From Nymphaea colorata (lineage: Eukaryota), in contig NC_045138.2 in NCBI RefSeq assembly GCF_008831285.2, positions 21,638,001 to 21,702,000 on the forward strand: DNA of 64,000 nucleotides, given 5' to 3'. A program made the position numbers and the translations under genes. Below are positions 1-12,112 of this stretch, piece by piece; positions within the stretch are counted from its first letter, which is position 1, and the number at the start of each line of letters is the position of its first letter. The notes below the pieces were generated by a model. The model had not been told where the DNA came from, did no database searches, and worked only from the letters and a program-made list of their open reading frames with translations.

Positions 1-334
1 AGAGTGGACGCGGGCGCACACTTCTGTTGAGGATCCTATGGAGAGCTCTCTCCTTGTGATGCTCCATGGGCTGCAGGTGCTCCTCCCCATGGTGGTAGGG
101 ACCAAAGGATGCCATGCAAGGAGTGCGGTACCTGGACACGCCTGATGCAGCGGCAAGGTCGTTCGGCCATTTGTAGACGGAAAAATTACCCCACTTTGAG
201 GCATATTCAGATGGATCACTTGACTCGAGTTTTTCCTTTAAGTCGACTACCCATGTGAGGTTTTCCGCCACCCGCATCTCCTCCTCATTCGCTATTTCCG
301 ATGTTCCGGCATTTCTTTGGGTCATGGCCTCCAT
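1..334 (-). CDS. DUF247 / UPF0481 (At3g47200-like) family protein, N-terminal 111 codons; continues beyond the window start
   Basis: Manual translation from ATG at 334: MEAMTQRNAGTSEIANEEEMRVAENLTWVVDLKEKLESSDPSEYASKWGNFSVYKWPNDLAAASGVSRYRTPCMASFGPYHHGEEHLQPMEHHKERALHRILNRSVRPRPL, no stop. It carries the DUF247 N-terminal pattern W-V...S(V/I)Y(K/R)xP...P..SFGPYHHG...L..ME.HK.RAL. In-frame upstream TAG at 365-367 doubles as a likely 5'UTR intron acceptor (TTGGTTTAG). Confidence 0.93.
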   Translation of the reverse strand, partial: MEAMTQRNAGTSEIANEEEMRVAENLTWVVDLKEKLESSDPSEYASKWGNFSVYKWPNDLAAASGVSRYRTPCMASFGPYHHGEEHLQPMEHHKERALHRILNRSVRPRPL

Positions 335-500
335 AGGGTCAGTTATCAGGGGCAGGATACTTGTCTAAACCAAGCAATACAAACTTGTATACCAAACTAC
401 CATAGAAAAGTGGAGAATTAAGCAAGAAAGATCGATCTTAATTTCTTGTGATGAAGAAGGCAAAACTAAGCGATATATAAAGAGCTCGCTCGTCAACATC

Positions 501-1750
501 TCCTCATTTCTTTTTACAAAAGAAAGTAAGTGACTAGTTGACCCTGGATGGCAAGAATATTCCTGTCAAAACTAGGTTATTAAACAAAGTTAAGAATCCG
601 CTGGCCTGATGAAGATGAGCTTCACCAGCATTGGACGGTGTTTTCTTCTCTTCATTTTATTCGTGCTTATTAGCTAAACAAAATTTGATTTTGTTAGCAA
701 ATCAAACACAACTGACATTACAAAATATGAAACAGGTTACGTGCACACCATAAAGTTTTGCACATGGGTATGTAATAACCAAAATATCTCTAAGAAAATT
801 TAAAAAAGAAGGTTTTTAAACGGAGAAAAATTCGTTATGGAAAAAGTTAATCTAAAATATACATTTCTTAAAAAAAAAACATAAAATACCCCTGCCCACT
901 TCTTTTGTGATTGGTGTACATTTGTTGCGTGTACACTCCGGTGCAAACAACTGGATCCCCCACAAAATAGAACAACAATGCAAGTTGGCCCGAACACTCA
1001 GTCCCGCGTTCCACCTTGGACACCGGACTGTGTGATGAGGGTTACTTTCATCCTTCTTAAACTCACTTTTGTCCTTATAACAGAGAGGTGCTTACTCTTT
1101 ATCATGAAGGGTATTTTCGTAATTTTGTATCAAGCTTATAAAGCCCTAAGAGAAGAAAGAAGATCTCTAGTTTAAAGTTACCATTTTTTGGGACATTCAT
1201 AAGTGTTCACATGGTTGGTTAATCGAGTGCAAATTTACCACTTGAAATTATCATTTGGGACATTCATAACTGCTCACATGGTTCGTTATACAATATCAAA
1301 ATGCCGTAAAGTTTTGATAGGAAGTAACTTTTCTGGCTACTGATCTCAATGACTATGAAAGAGGAGAACCCTGATAAAGCCACCAATTAACGAAGGATCC
1401 AGGAGTTACCATACGCATTTATCGAACATTGGAAGTGGGTAGATCACCAAATGAGGAGGATACCAACAAGACAGACAGTTGTATTTATCAAAACAGAGAG
1501 AAGAACTCTGAAACCGATGTAAATATAGCTTCTAAATCTAAAGGAAATGTACAAAATCAAAATCTAGACCTCACCCAGTTTTAATGGAACCTCTGTGTCT
1601 CGTAAAGGATTGACGGGGGAATCTTGAGGTCCTCATTTCTTTGTACAAAAGAAAGTCATGGACTAGTTGACTCTAGGATATGGCAACAAGAATATTCAGT
1701 TTCCAGACTAGACTGTCGAAAGAGATTGAAGAATTTTGCCAGCCTGAAGA
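501..1750. repeat. Diverged direct duplication upstream of the DUF247 gene (about 501-620 vs 1630-1750)
   Basis: TCCTCATTTCTTTTTACAAAAGAAAGTAAGTGACTAGTTGACCCTGGATGGCAAGAATATTC (from 501) aligns with TCCTCATTTCTTTGTACAAAAGAAAGTCATGGACTAGTTGACTCTAGGATATGGCAACAAGAATATTC (from 1630). Confidence 0.85.
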
Positions 1751-1910
1751 TAATTCCTTCCCCTTTGTTCTTCTTTTCAGAAAGCAAAATTTGTTGGAAC
1801 AGGCAAGCCACGAAACAGTGACGAGCTCCTGGGTTTGTCTACAAGGTGTGAAGAAGCTAGAGACAAAACTACCTTTCTCTGTCTTCATGCCGTTATTGAC
1901 GAAACATTAA

Positions 1911-2120
1911 GGGGCACTTGATATATCCAGAGTCATGGAATTTTAGAATCAAAATGCTCATTTTTTAAGAAACTAAAATTATTATACACACGTCCTATTT
2001 TGTTTTCAGAATTAGGAAACTGAAACCTGAAATTTTGATTCCATTCCAATTTGAAGAGTCCTTATGATTATGATTTTTTTTTCATTCTTGAATCAAAATT
2101 CCAAAGCAGCAAATGCCCCC
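1911..2120. mobile_element. Tourist/PIF-Harbinger-like MITE, same family as 57489-57697
   Basis: Ends GGGGCACTTG / CAAATGCCCC, preceded by TAA. Internal GAATTTTAGAATCAAAATGCTC, CCATTCCAATTTGA and TTCATTCTTGAAT are shared with the copy at 57.5 kb. Confidence 0.75.
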
Positions 2121-4664
2121 AGTGAAAACAACCCAAGCACCTTAAACAGCCTTGTCAATGGTATTAGGACAACAAGAGAATATGAAGAAGAAGAATTTTG
2201 GGGTGTTAAAGGTCATTATTTATGAACAAAACTAAAACTTTTCCTATCCTTTCATTTCCTTTACATAGCTAAACAAACATGAATATTTAATGATTCATTT
2301 TATTTTCTTTCCTTCGTATGCAAAAAAGCTTTTATAATAGTTTATTTCACAGATGAGGGTTCAAATCTGCCGAATCTGTTAAATGAGGTTGCTAGATAGT
2401 TAAAAATTAGAGATCCATCAGTGAAACTATCATAAACCTTTACTAAAAGTGTTATGAACTGTTTTTACGCCATAAAACGTTCTTTACGCTCTTATGCCGA
2501 CTGCTTTTAGTGACAGATTTTTATATATATCATTGTATTTGGCCCAAACACTGCATGTTTCATTTACATGATGCCAATACCGATGTTGGCATAATTGATC
2601 ATTTTTTCTTTGTCTACATAAAAATTAATTTGTCCACGTTGGTGTGATTTACTAACCTGCTTAAACCTCAAGTTTTTTTTTTTTTTCATAAACTTCGGAA
2701 AAGAATTGGGACTTTGGATTGGTTTATTAATTCGCACATACATATATACAAGATTTTATAATTGTCAAAAGTTTCAGAATGTCTCAAATATCAAAAGTCT
2801 ACATCATAAATCCAACTACATTCCGTCTTGGTTAAGTTTCTGTATCCTGAACTATCCCATCCCATCCATTTGTAGTTCTAGATTCATATTCAAAAGAGTA
2901 ATTTATCAACTGCACTTCTATTAATACTTCATCTAGAAAGACTATCAAGCAGTACATGTAAGAGTCCCTTAAATTCTAGTTTAATTGGGGCATTTTGGTT
3001 CTCTTATTAATTCACAACTTTTTCTCTTCTTTTTTCTTCCAACCGCCTATCTGAAAAAAAAAAAAAAAAAAATCGAAGGCTGAGATCATTGGTTACTAGT
3101 ATGCCCTCCCTTAATTCTTAAATGGCACGCCTCACTTAATTCAACAGCTTTTTTTTTCATTTGGTTTAGAAGCTATGAATTTGCCCTTGTGTTTACGTGC
3201 GCAGTGATCCCGTAAATCATTTGAATGTAACATTACTTGGAAAGTTACGATGTCTCTTATTCCAAATTAGTTAGAAAGTTTATCTCACAGACATAGTTGT
3301 ACCAGATGTGTCTTTCTCTCTCTCGTCAAAATAAGACTCTCTTTTAAATATTTCATCATTTATTTGGTTTCCAGTTTTATTACCAAAATGACTTTTTGTT
3401 AAAATGCAAATGTGCCTTTTTAAGTACAAAGATAAAAAAAACACACCGTTTTCATTTTCTTGTGGATATGTTAATTTTGTTATCATATTTTTCATCTTTT
3501 CACGATGTCCTACTGCTAACAGGTTTTTTCAAGTTCTTTCATGAGCCGCCCAAGTCTAACTCGGGTGCCCAACGAATTTGAATCTGCCTCATTACCGCTT
3601 TTGTTTTGCACTTTAAACATATGAAACAAGATACCTCACAATATGAAGCACCAACATATTAGTCCCTCAAATTTCTTAAGAATTATGACATAAAATTGTT
3701 CTTAATTCTGTCTCTGAGATATTATAATCGGATCATCCTAAACAACATGCATCTTCATGTATTCGGTTACTGGTCCGGCTGAATACATGAAGACCAAATT
3801 CCAAGCTAAAACTAACGCCCAATGCAGGTGGCTACTTTTGATTCACACCCGAAAATATTACGAACTAGAATACTTAGACGTTTAGACGTACGGCAAAGTA
3901 TATAAGCCTCTTGAGAATTTTCAAATTAGTTTACTATTCTTAAGTCCTGCCGATACTTGGAATATTACAATTTTCATGATTTCTCATTTAAATTTTCTAC
4001 ATTTAACACCACACATGTGAAGACGAAAAGACATAGTCAAGGCAATTTAATGAGGACTTGTGGCTCCTCTGGAACTTCGTTAAAAATTAATATAATTGAT
4101 GGGAGCCAGTTTTTGGTTGCACAATGTCGAATAGTTTGCTACTGAATAACAATTGCTAGCGATAGACTGCTGTTCTTTGTAGTTTTAATTTTGTGTTTAC
4201 TTTAATTTATATCTCCTTCTCCCCCTCCTACCCTCTCTTTTACAATTAGGTTTTTATTGGTCAAACGAGCCAGTTGGATGTGATTCAATTAGTCTGGTTT
4301 ACAGTCAAAATCTGAGGCTTTTGATTGTTTTGTTAGTGCCGAAGTACTTTCTGTGGAAGGATACAGAAATGTTCCAAACCCATAGGAGTTGTCTGCGACA
4401 GTAGCACATTGTTACTGTCTCAAAAATCTAACCCAAAACTTGGAGCAGATTCATGGCAATCTGTTACTTATTGCTGCCAAACGACATATAAGTCACAAAA
4501 AAGTATGTTCTTCCAACCATGGAACAATGTAACCTCATGAAGAACTGACAAAGTTCTACAAATAAGAGGTCCATCTTATTGCCGGTTGTCTTGGGGTCTT
4601 TAGATCCTGTTCTATAAACGCCCAGCAAAGCAAAATGTACTCATTAGATCTGCAATTCAACTAA

Positions 4665-5216
4665 TTAGCCATACTTTTGCTCACAGCTGCCAAGAAAGGG
4701 ATTCATGTTAAAGTATGCTATTCTTCAATGTGTAAATTTTTGTACTTTCTTTTCACAGGTTTCTAAAGTTGACAAGTGGTGGTCCACCCTTGTGGAAAAA
4801 GAAAGAACATTGCAGCCATCTTTGTCAACTTGTCTGGGATTTTTAGGCCTCTATTTGAAAGTTGTCAAGAGAGTGGGCCTGCTAATAAATATGCTATGTT
4901 ATAGGTTCTGCATCCTTTTAAGACAAGCTATGCTATATATTTGCTAACCATACTTTAAAGTTTAAACATACTTCCTACACATTGCACCCTCACATTCATG
5001 TTACATACCTATTGCAAATATACAATTCCGCTAATACACCTAATGTATACAGGTATAATTGTTATATACCTGTTGCAAACATAGAAATCTAGTATAGGCG
5101 TATTATATATTAATATTACATGATAATCTCTTCTCATACAATTTGCCAAACATAGAAGTTTCCTTCATTTCTTGATTGTGAAGTTTTTTAAGGTAATCTG
5201 CAAAGTGTTTTTTCAC

Positions 5217-5275
<59 letters not shown>

Positions 5276-6400
5276 GCTTTACAACATCATTGACTATCAA
5301 CAAAAATGTATAGAAGATAAGGTTTTGGATATTATGCAGGTCAATAGGTTTCATTTGTTGAACAAGGCAGCTTAGCTAGTGACTGAACGTGGTATTCAAT
5401 TACAGAAACATAGGCAACAAGAAAACTTCCATACAACTGTCCAAGGATTTCCAGAAAAGAATGCCTTTGCATTCACCTTCATTAAATCAGAGGATACGAA
5501 GGTCAGCTGGTTTTACAAGTTGGCCACCCACGTTCAATAATGGTAGTATTAATTAATAGCGTCAACTAGCAGCCAACAATCTAAAATATGGTGGATGACA
5601 ACCATGGACAACAATATCAGAGAGGGCCAAATGCAGCGGTTTGGTACTATTGTGGGATCAAAGGTAGTTAAATTCCCACAGGGAGAACAATACTCATCGT
5701 TTGTGAAACTTTATGGATAAATGATTCTATGATGGTAATTAAGCTTTTAAATCTCCTTATATAAGCCATACTATTAATGACAGGTTCCAACAAAGGGCCT
5801 TATGTTATTGTGTGTGGATTTTCTTGAATGTATAAATTTTTGTACTCCTTGGGTATGCTTCTGCAGGTTTTTGATGTCGAAAAGCAGTGGTTTGCTCGTG
5901 GAAGAACAAAAGAGCTCTTGTGGAAAAACAAAAAGCATCATCGTTATCTCTTTTAACTTGTTTGAAATTTTTATCTGAGTTGAAGAACAATTCAGCAGAC
6001 AAGCCTTGAGTTCAAAGTTGCAAGAAAAACTGAGGCTGGTTAAATCTGCTGTCGCAGTTTGCACATGATCTTTTGACCTGCGATGTTATAAATATGCTAT
6101 ATCAAAATCAAATATACTTGTTATCCATCACAATTGTGATATACAATGTTATGTACCTGTGAGATTTGGAAAAATGTACTTGCATATCACACCTGCACAC
6201 TCACATTGTAATATTATATATCTCTTACAAATATATAATTCTGCCAACCTACTCTACTATATACAAATATACATGTTATATACCTAGTACAGACATACAA
6301 ACCTACCATAAATCTGTCATGTACAACATGATACTCACTTGTTATGCTGTTTGCATATACATATAAAATGAGGTTTCTCACATTCCTTGCCATTATTGTG
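4665..6400. repeat. Old tandem duplication with about 1.1-1.2 kb spacing (about 4665-5150 vs 5765-6400)
   Basis: Collinear matches: TTCTTCAATGTGTAAATTTTTGTACT vs TTCTTGAATGTATAAATTTTTGTACT; CTTGTGGAAAAA in both; CCTGC...ATAAATATGCTAT in both (4878-4897 and 6077-6100). Confidence 0.75.
5221..5272. repeat. (AG)n microsatellite
   Basis: Perfect dinucleotide run. Confidence 0.98.
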
Positions 6401-6451
6401 ATACCATGAAAAATATACATCTGACAACTCCTGTGCTATTAAGTTCATCTA

Positions 6452-9070
6452 TGTTATCAGCTAATCTCTTATGGATGGGAGAGGTGGCATTAAGAAGTGA
6501 CCTTTGTAAAATTATTGGTAGATTAGTGACAAAACATACAGTGAGGCTCTATTTGGAAATCGTGTAAATGAGAGAGGAAATTGTGAAAATTGTAAAGCAT
6601 TGACGTTTCCAGGTATTTCAATTTCTTATTCTCTGATATATAAAATCAACAAGAAGTCCAGAAGCTGTTGAGTATGATTCATCAGGAGCTCATCCATCAT
6701 AGACACAAATGAAGTATGCCAAGAATCAATATACGTTGTCTTAATATTCTTTTGTGAAAAGATTTTAACATGGAACCAGAGCACACCTGACCTTTCGGTG
6801 CTCCTGTTGCATGTTCCTTGTATGGGGATTCCTTCATGGGGACTAAAGTAGATCCCTCTCTAAATTTAGGCCAAAGCTTGTAGCTACAAACTAGTGTCAT
6901 TAATCAGGAGCCAAACCTGCTCCAAAAATTTAAACAATTATGCTACTTAGTGGATCAAATTACTTATCATGGTCAAAGACAGCTATGTTGGTCCTTGGCA
7001 AAAAGTTCAAGCTTAGGACCATTAACAGTAAAATTAATCTAAGCTTAACAAATCTCATTAGAAAGTGAAGAACATTTGAACCATACAGCTCATTATAAAA
7101 GTGGAGAAAATTTGAACCATATGGCTACGTCATGGCTCTTAAATTCAATGGGGTCATCCATAGCAGAAGGGTCTATATTCTTTGACACAACAAAAGAAAC
7201 TTGGGGTTCCTGGAAAGAAGTGTATGGGGAACAAAGGAATGCTTATTGTGTATACCAGTTACATCAACAGATTGCTCAATTTTAAAAAGATAACAAATTG
7301 TTCCATACAAACCCAAGTTCACTTTGAGTATCTGGAACAAGTTGAATATGCATCGTCCTACGTCTATTGATCCAACTGCATTCAAACAACACATGAAGGA
7401 TGACAAAATTTTTAAAATTCTTGTTAGTTCGGGACAAGACTTTTTAGTCCCTTAGGAACTAGATTTATAATGCTCCAAAACTTCCTTCACTTGATGGCAT
7501 TTGTGACATTACTTAATGTCAACAAACAAGGAGGAAAATGATGAATGGTGATTCCAAACCCATTAGTGATCTTCAATAGAAGATGGCCAGCACAGAAGCT
7601 ACCCAGGGCCAGGTCGCAACCATGGTATACCTTGGCCACATGAATTGCAAAAAGTTTGGACACAGTAAAGAAAGACATTTGGAGATAACTGGCAGACCTA
7701 AATATGGAGGGCGAAACTCCTCTTCCATGAAAGGAGACTAATAACAATTTATGATCTTAAGTGGCTGTTTCACAAATTCAAAAGATCAATTAGGTAGTGA
7801 CTAGCATGAGTGAGCGTGGTAGAAGATGACAAATCAGGTATAACTCATGCTCTTACTTCTCACAAATTCATGAACACATGGGCATCAGATGCCATGATAA
7901 TTGACAGGTTTTATAGACCAGCTTATTGAAATAAAGTATGAAGAAAAGGACCTAATAGGTTGGCTAATGGCTGCCTTGTTTATGCCAAAGGTGATAGCGA
8001 AGTTGCTTTCCATTGAAGAAGTTCAAAGATCACTTGGATTTATTTTCTTAGGCAAAAAAGTATGAAGTTTCCGGGGCTTTTAAGGAACCCTACAACATAA
8101 TCGGATCTCATTTTGAAACCAAAATAAGAACTTTGGCGTCGGATTATAAAGGAGAACATGATGAAGACAATGTTGCTATCCAAAGGTCCCAAACAATATG
8201 TTTTTGCATATCCAAACAAAATGAGGTGGTAAAAAAAGAACAAGAAACACTTTTTTAAAATGACTTCGGCATTGATCTTTCAAATGAATGTGCATGAAAA
8301 GTTCTGGTCTGATGCCATTGCCATGACTTATTATCTTGTTAACTTAACTGAGTCCTTGAGAACAAAGTCCCTTGAGGTTCTCAAGCAAAAAAGTTATTCA
8401 CCAAAGCAATTAAAACTTTTGGTTAAAAGTGTTATCTGCACATACGTGAGAGCCAGTGGAAATGGAATTGCTAAATTTATCCTTTTGGGCTATTTTTTAG
8501 AAATGTTAAGAGTCTGTAGTTGGGAAAGCATTTTTTTCACAAGATCTTGGCTTTTCTTAGCAAGAACATTATTATATAGTCATCTGTCTGAAAGGAGTAT
8601 TCCGTCCAGATATGGTTACTCCACGCATTCTGTCAAGATATGCTTACCCCACCCTACCATGATGATGGAGCTCCTCTTAACATTCAGTTGGAAGGTGGTG
8701 ATCATAAGTCTCAAGTTCACCATACAACGTCCTTAAAAACCAGAAACCAGATGAGTTTACGTGTTTCAATGATCAAGAAAGATATAGTTGTTCTAGTCCA
8801 TGGAAGGTACCAAGGAACAAAGATGAGTATGCTTGTGTTTTTGGGTGTCTCTGTGTGTGTGTGAGAGAAAGAGAGAGAGAGAGAGATCTGAGATAATAGA
8901 AGTAATTCAAGAATAAAATGAAGATGCTAGTAATAGATGATCTTGATATATCAAGCCTCCTGCTACGCCAGTTTCCTTTGTAATGCTTCGTCAAAGAGTG
9001 CATAATTGCATACCAATGGTTGTTTCACTCAATATAAGAACAAAAAATGAACAGTTATAGATATCGAATT
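6452..9070 (+). mobile_element. Degenerate Ty1/Copia LTR retrotransposon (5' LTR, PBS, gag, integrase and a trace of RT; 3' truncated)
   Basis: Candidate LTR TGTTA(6452)...TAACA(6770) is followed at once by a Met-tRNA PBS-like TGGAACCAGAGC (6771-6782, 10/12 to TGGTATCAGAGC). Gag remnants LSGSNYLSWSK (~6946) and SWLLNSMGSSIAEGSIFFDTTKETW...VYQL (7076-7285); integrase remnant QMNVHEKFWSDAIAMTYYLVN (~8281). Many stops and frameshifts. LTR start and 3' boundary are approximate. Confidence 0.88.
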
Positions 9071-9741
9071 TTAAGAACTCTGATAAACTAAATGGCTTAT
9101 CTTTTTCCTCCATTCCCACCCGAACAAATATTTAGCACCAAGAACTAGGAAACTAGAACTCCTGATCAGGAAAAAATTGTCAGAGAATTGTTTAAGAGCT
9201 GGGAAACAGCCAAAATGGAAAAAAGCAAAGCATAATCAAGAAGCTGGACAGTAAACCTAAGTGATTTCAATATCCATGAAAACTTTTTGTCAGCTTTTAT
9301 AGCTATGATATGATATTGAAGTCGTGAATAATAAACACAGGTCTAATCACGTGCAACAAATTTCTGGATGTTTTAGTTGTAAATCTAACATATTCAGCAG
9401 TATGGTGTACCCTGCATCAAACTGGATAAGTTTAGGACAGATTCTTAATTGAAATTACATCGAGTCCAAGAATGTTCAAAAAAATAACTTTAAAGGTATT
9501 TTCTATAGTGAGCCTTGGATTTTTCTATACAATGTTAAACTTAGGTAGTCACAGACTCCATATCCAACCGCTAAGCACGAGAAATTAACACTGCAAACTC
9601 AAATTTGCAAGTTGCGCTCTAGGCTTTCACATTAGAATGCAAGTTTTTCCTTGGATTAGACTTCAATCATTGGTTGATCGTGAGGTGGAGGCACAGTAGA
9701 AGATGAGAAAAAGAGGCATGGAAGCAGCAACGGAAGATTAC

Positions 9742-10100
9742 CTTTGAGCAATCAAACGAATTAATGAGGAAGGAATCGGTCGATTCCTGAATGAACAAAA
9801 CCCAGTCGCACATTACCGATCGCTTAGCCAGCAACTTGCCGCTGCACGGTCGCCTAGCGGGCCCTGAAGGTCACCTGCACGCTCCCCTGCCGATTGCCAG
9901 CCTCACGCTGATCTCCGACAACCGTCGCCGGAGTTCGTACCCCAAAAGGAAAACAATATCCCAATACAATAGTGCCGGGACACAAATGGCGGGCGGGAGA
10001 AGCGTTGTGCGAAGGACTTTGCATGCAATATCGGCTGGCACCGAGACCCAAAGTATTGCCCTAGGTTCATTCTCGCCCTCGACGGCTGACGGCGTCGGGG
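9742..10100 (-). other. Probable first exon of a spliced transcript (non-coding or 5' leader) in a CpG-rich island
   Basis: GC/CpG-rich block ending in a strong donor CAAAG|GTAATC (GT at 9741-9740), followed by a pyrimidine-rich intron-like stretch. No convincing ORF: only short frames, e.g. a 55-codon frame from ATG 10070. Confidence 0.4.
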
Positions 10101-11006
10101 TACTCGACTGGATTCCGGGTAAAAAGGGGTTTCGGGTCGGTTCGATAATTTTTCGGGCCGGATCGGTTCGATAATTTCTCGGGCCAGGTCGGGCTCAGCC
10201 TGTGCGCAACAAGATACATAAAAACTAACTTTGCTATATGTATATTTTTCATTATAAATAATAAATATGTGTGTATATATTTAAATTTATATATTGTTAA
10301 TGTTTTTTATTAAAATTGAGTTGAGCTTGTGAGAAAGTTGAAGATAAACTCATCTGCTGTACACATTTACAGGTAGTTAGGTTCGATCTTCGCTAAATAT
10401 TGGACTTGGATGTACATCAGAAAATGGTTAAGAAGGTGAACCGATTTTTTTTATCAAGATCACGTAAATGTGTATAAATTAATTTAATAATCAAATAAAT
10501 GTGGCACAACATCCCATAAAATTAGAATAATAGGGAGAAGATCGGCATAGCTTCTCCACAAGGATGACATACAAATAAAGAAAATATGTTTTGTGACCAA
10601 AGACAAACATCTTATCTACACTGAGAGTGGAGAACATTAGCCAAGATTATCGTCGATCCTGTTGTCAATTTGGAGAAATTCGAAAAATCATGCCGAGATG
10701 AAATATGAGTTATTTCATACTCAATTTGAGGGACAGATCTAATCCCTTGCAAGTTTCTCATATATATATATATATATATAGCAAATGGTCGTATAAAAGA
10801 TACGGAGGAGCTTCATTGTTTGTAAGGACTATCTACCATATAAAATCATGTAAGGGGAACTGCAGAGTCATGGAATCTTGTTATATCTCATCATACTGTT
10901 TTGGACAATGAAAGTTATGCGCTACTCTTAAGGTCTTTTGTACATTTCGAACATAGGATTTTCAGAGTTAATTTATTTTGAAAAGAAGAAGAAGAATATA
11001 TATGTG

Positions 11007-11179
11007 CAAGGGCGGAGCCAGAGTAGGGCCCCTTGCCCTACCTTAAAAAAAAAATTAAAACTTACATGTAAATTTACTTGTCTTATATAAAAAATTTTAA
11101 AACTAATATTTCTGCCCATGTTAAAATTTAGGAACTTTAGTTTGGCCCTCCTCATAAAATTTTTTTGGCTCCGTCTTTG
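11007..11179. mobile_element. hAT-type MITE (CAGGGGCGGAGC-TIR family)
   Basis: Ends CAAGGGCGGAGCCA / TGGCTCCGTCTTTG. Internal TTACATGTAAATTT...AAAATTTAG(G/A)AACTTTA is shared with copies near 28770-28910, 34860-35035, 52138 and 55881. Confidence 0.75.
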
Positions 11180-12063
11180 AAAACGGAAAAAAATGAAAGA
11201 AGGAAAACTCTAATATATACTTGTTAGAGAGCCTGAAAACGAGTATGATAACAAGCAGAATAGTGTTGTTACACATAATTTTCTAATGAAAGAACATCAT
11301 CATCAACAACCTCAAACTTTGGTTAAAATTATTTTATTTGGATGTTCATCATTTATAATTTAAAAAGCTTTAATCGACGACCCTTCATTCTTTATCTGAT
11401 CCCATTTGTTTGTCCGGATAAAGAGATCCAACATTTGATTCGTAGATTCAATTTTTAAAAGAAAGATCCTTGAAATTGACATATTCAGTAATCATACAAA
11501 ATGTACCAAACAGCAATAACATGCTCGGGATATTAATTTTGACAAGCAAGTGCGCGGCAAATGATGATTCATGCCAAATGCTTAATTAAGTTTGAAGGTA
11601 AACTTACGCTGAATACTCTAAGTAGTGATAAATGCTTTCCAAAGTAGCTCACTAATTGCATACTGCGCCTGTTTATGTAGAGGAAATTTGGTATAATCCA
11701 GACCATTTAGGTCAGAGATAAAAACCAGACCTCTTAATTTCTTGTTAAAATTTGAGCAAAATATGGACATTCTAAAATGCTTATACACACTAATTTAACA
11801 TTAAGAAGACCTTGATTCAAGTTGTTTGTATAAACAATACTGATGTTTTACTAGTAAAATTTTGGTGTTACAAGAGTTGTTTGTTTTTCTATTATTATAA
11901 AAATGTTATTGGACTCAAGAAATGATTAACTTAATATATGTTTCTCATCAAAACATTCTTAAGATGATATTGTATGGTTAGATTGTTCAAAAAGATGGTG
12001 CAACAATCGATTTTGAGGAGTCTGCTTTTTGTCCTTGACCTAATATTCTAGGATCTACCAGTT

Positions 12064-12112
12064 TCTCTCTCTCTCTCTCTCTCTCTTTATATATATATAT
12101 ATATATATATAT
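12064..12112. repeat. Compound (CT)n(AT)n microsatellite
   Basis: Directly visible. Confidence 0.95.

Noticed and set aside
9791..10174. 127-aa plus-strand ORF
   Set aside because: No recognisable homology; consistent with stop-codon depletion in a GC-rich island; splice signals point to the minus strand.
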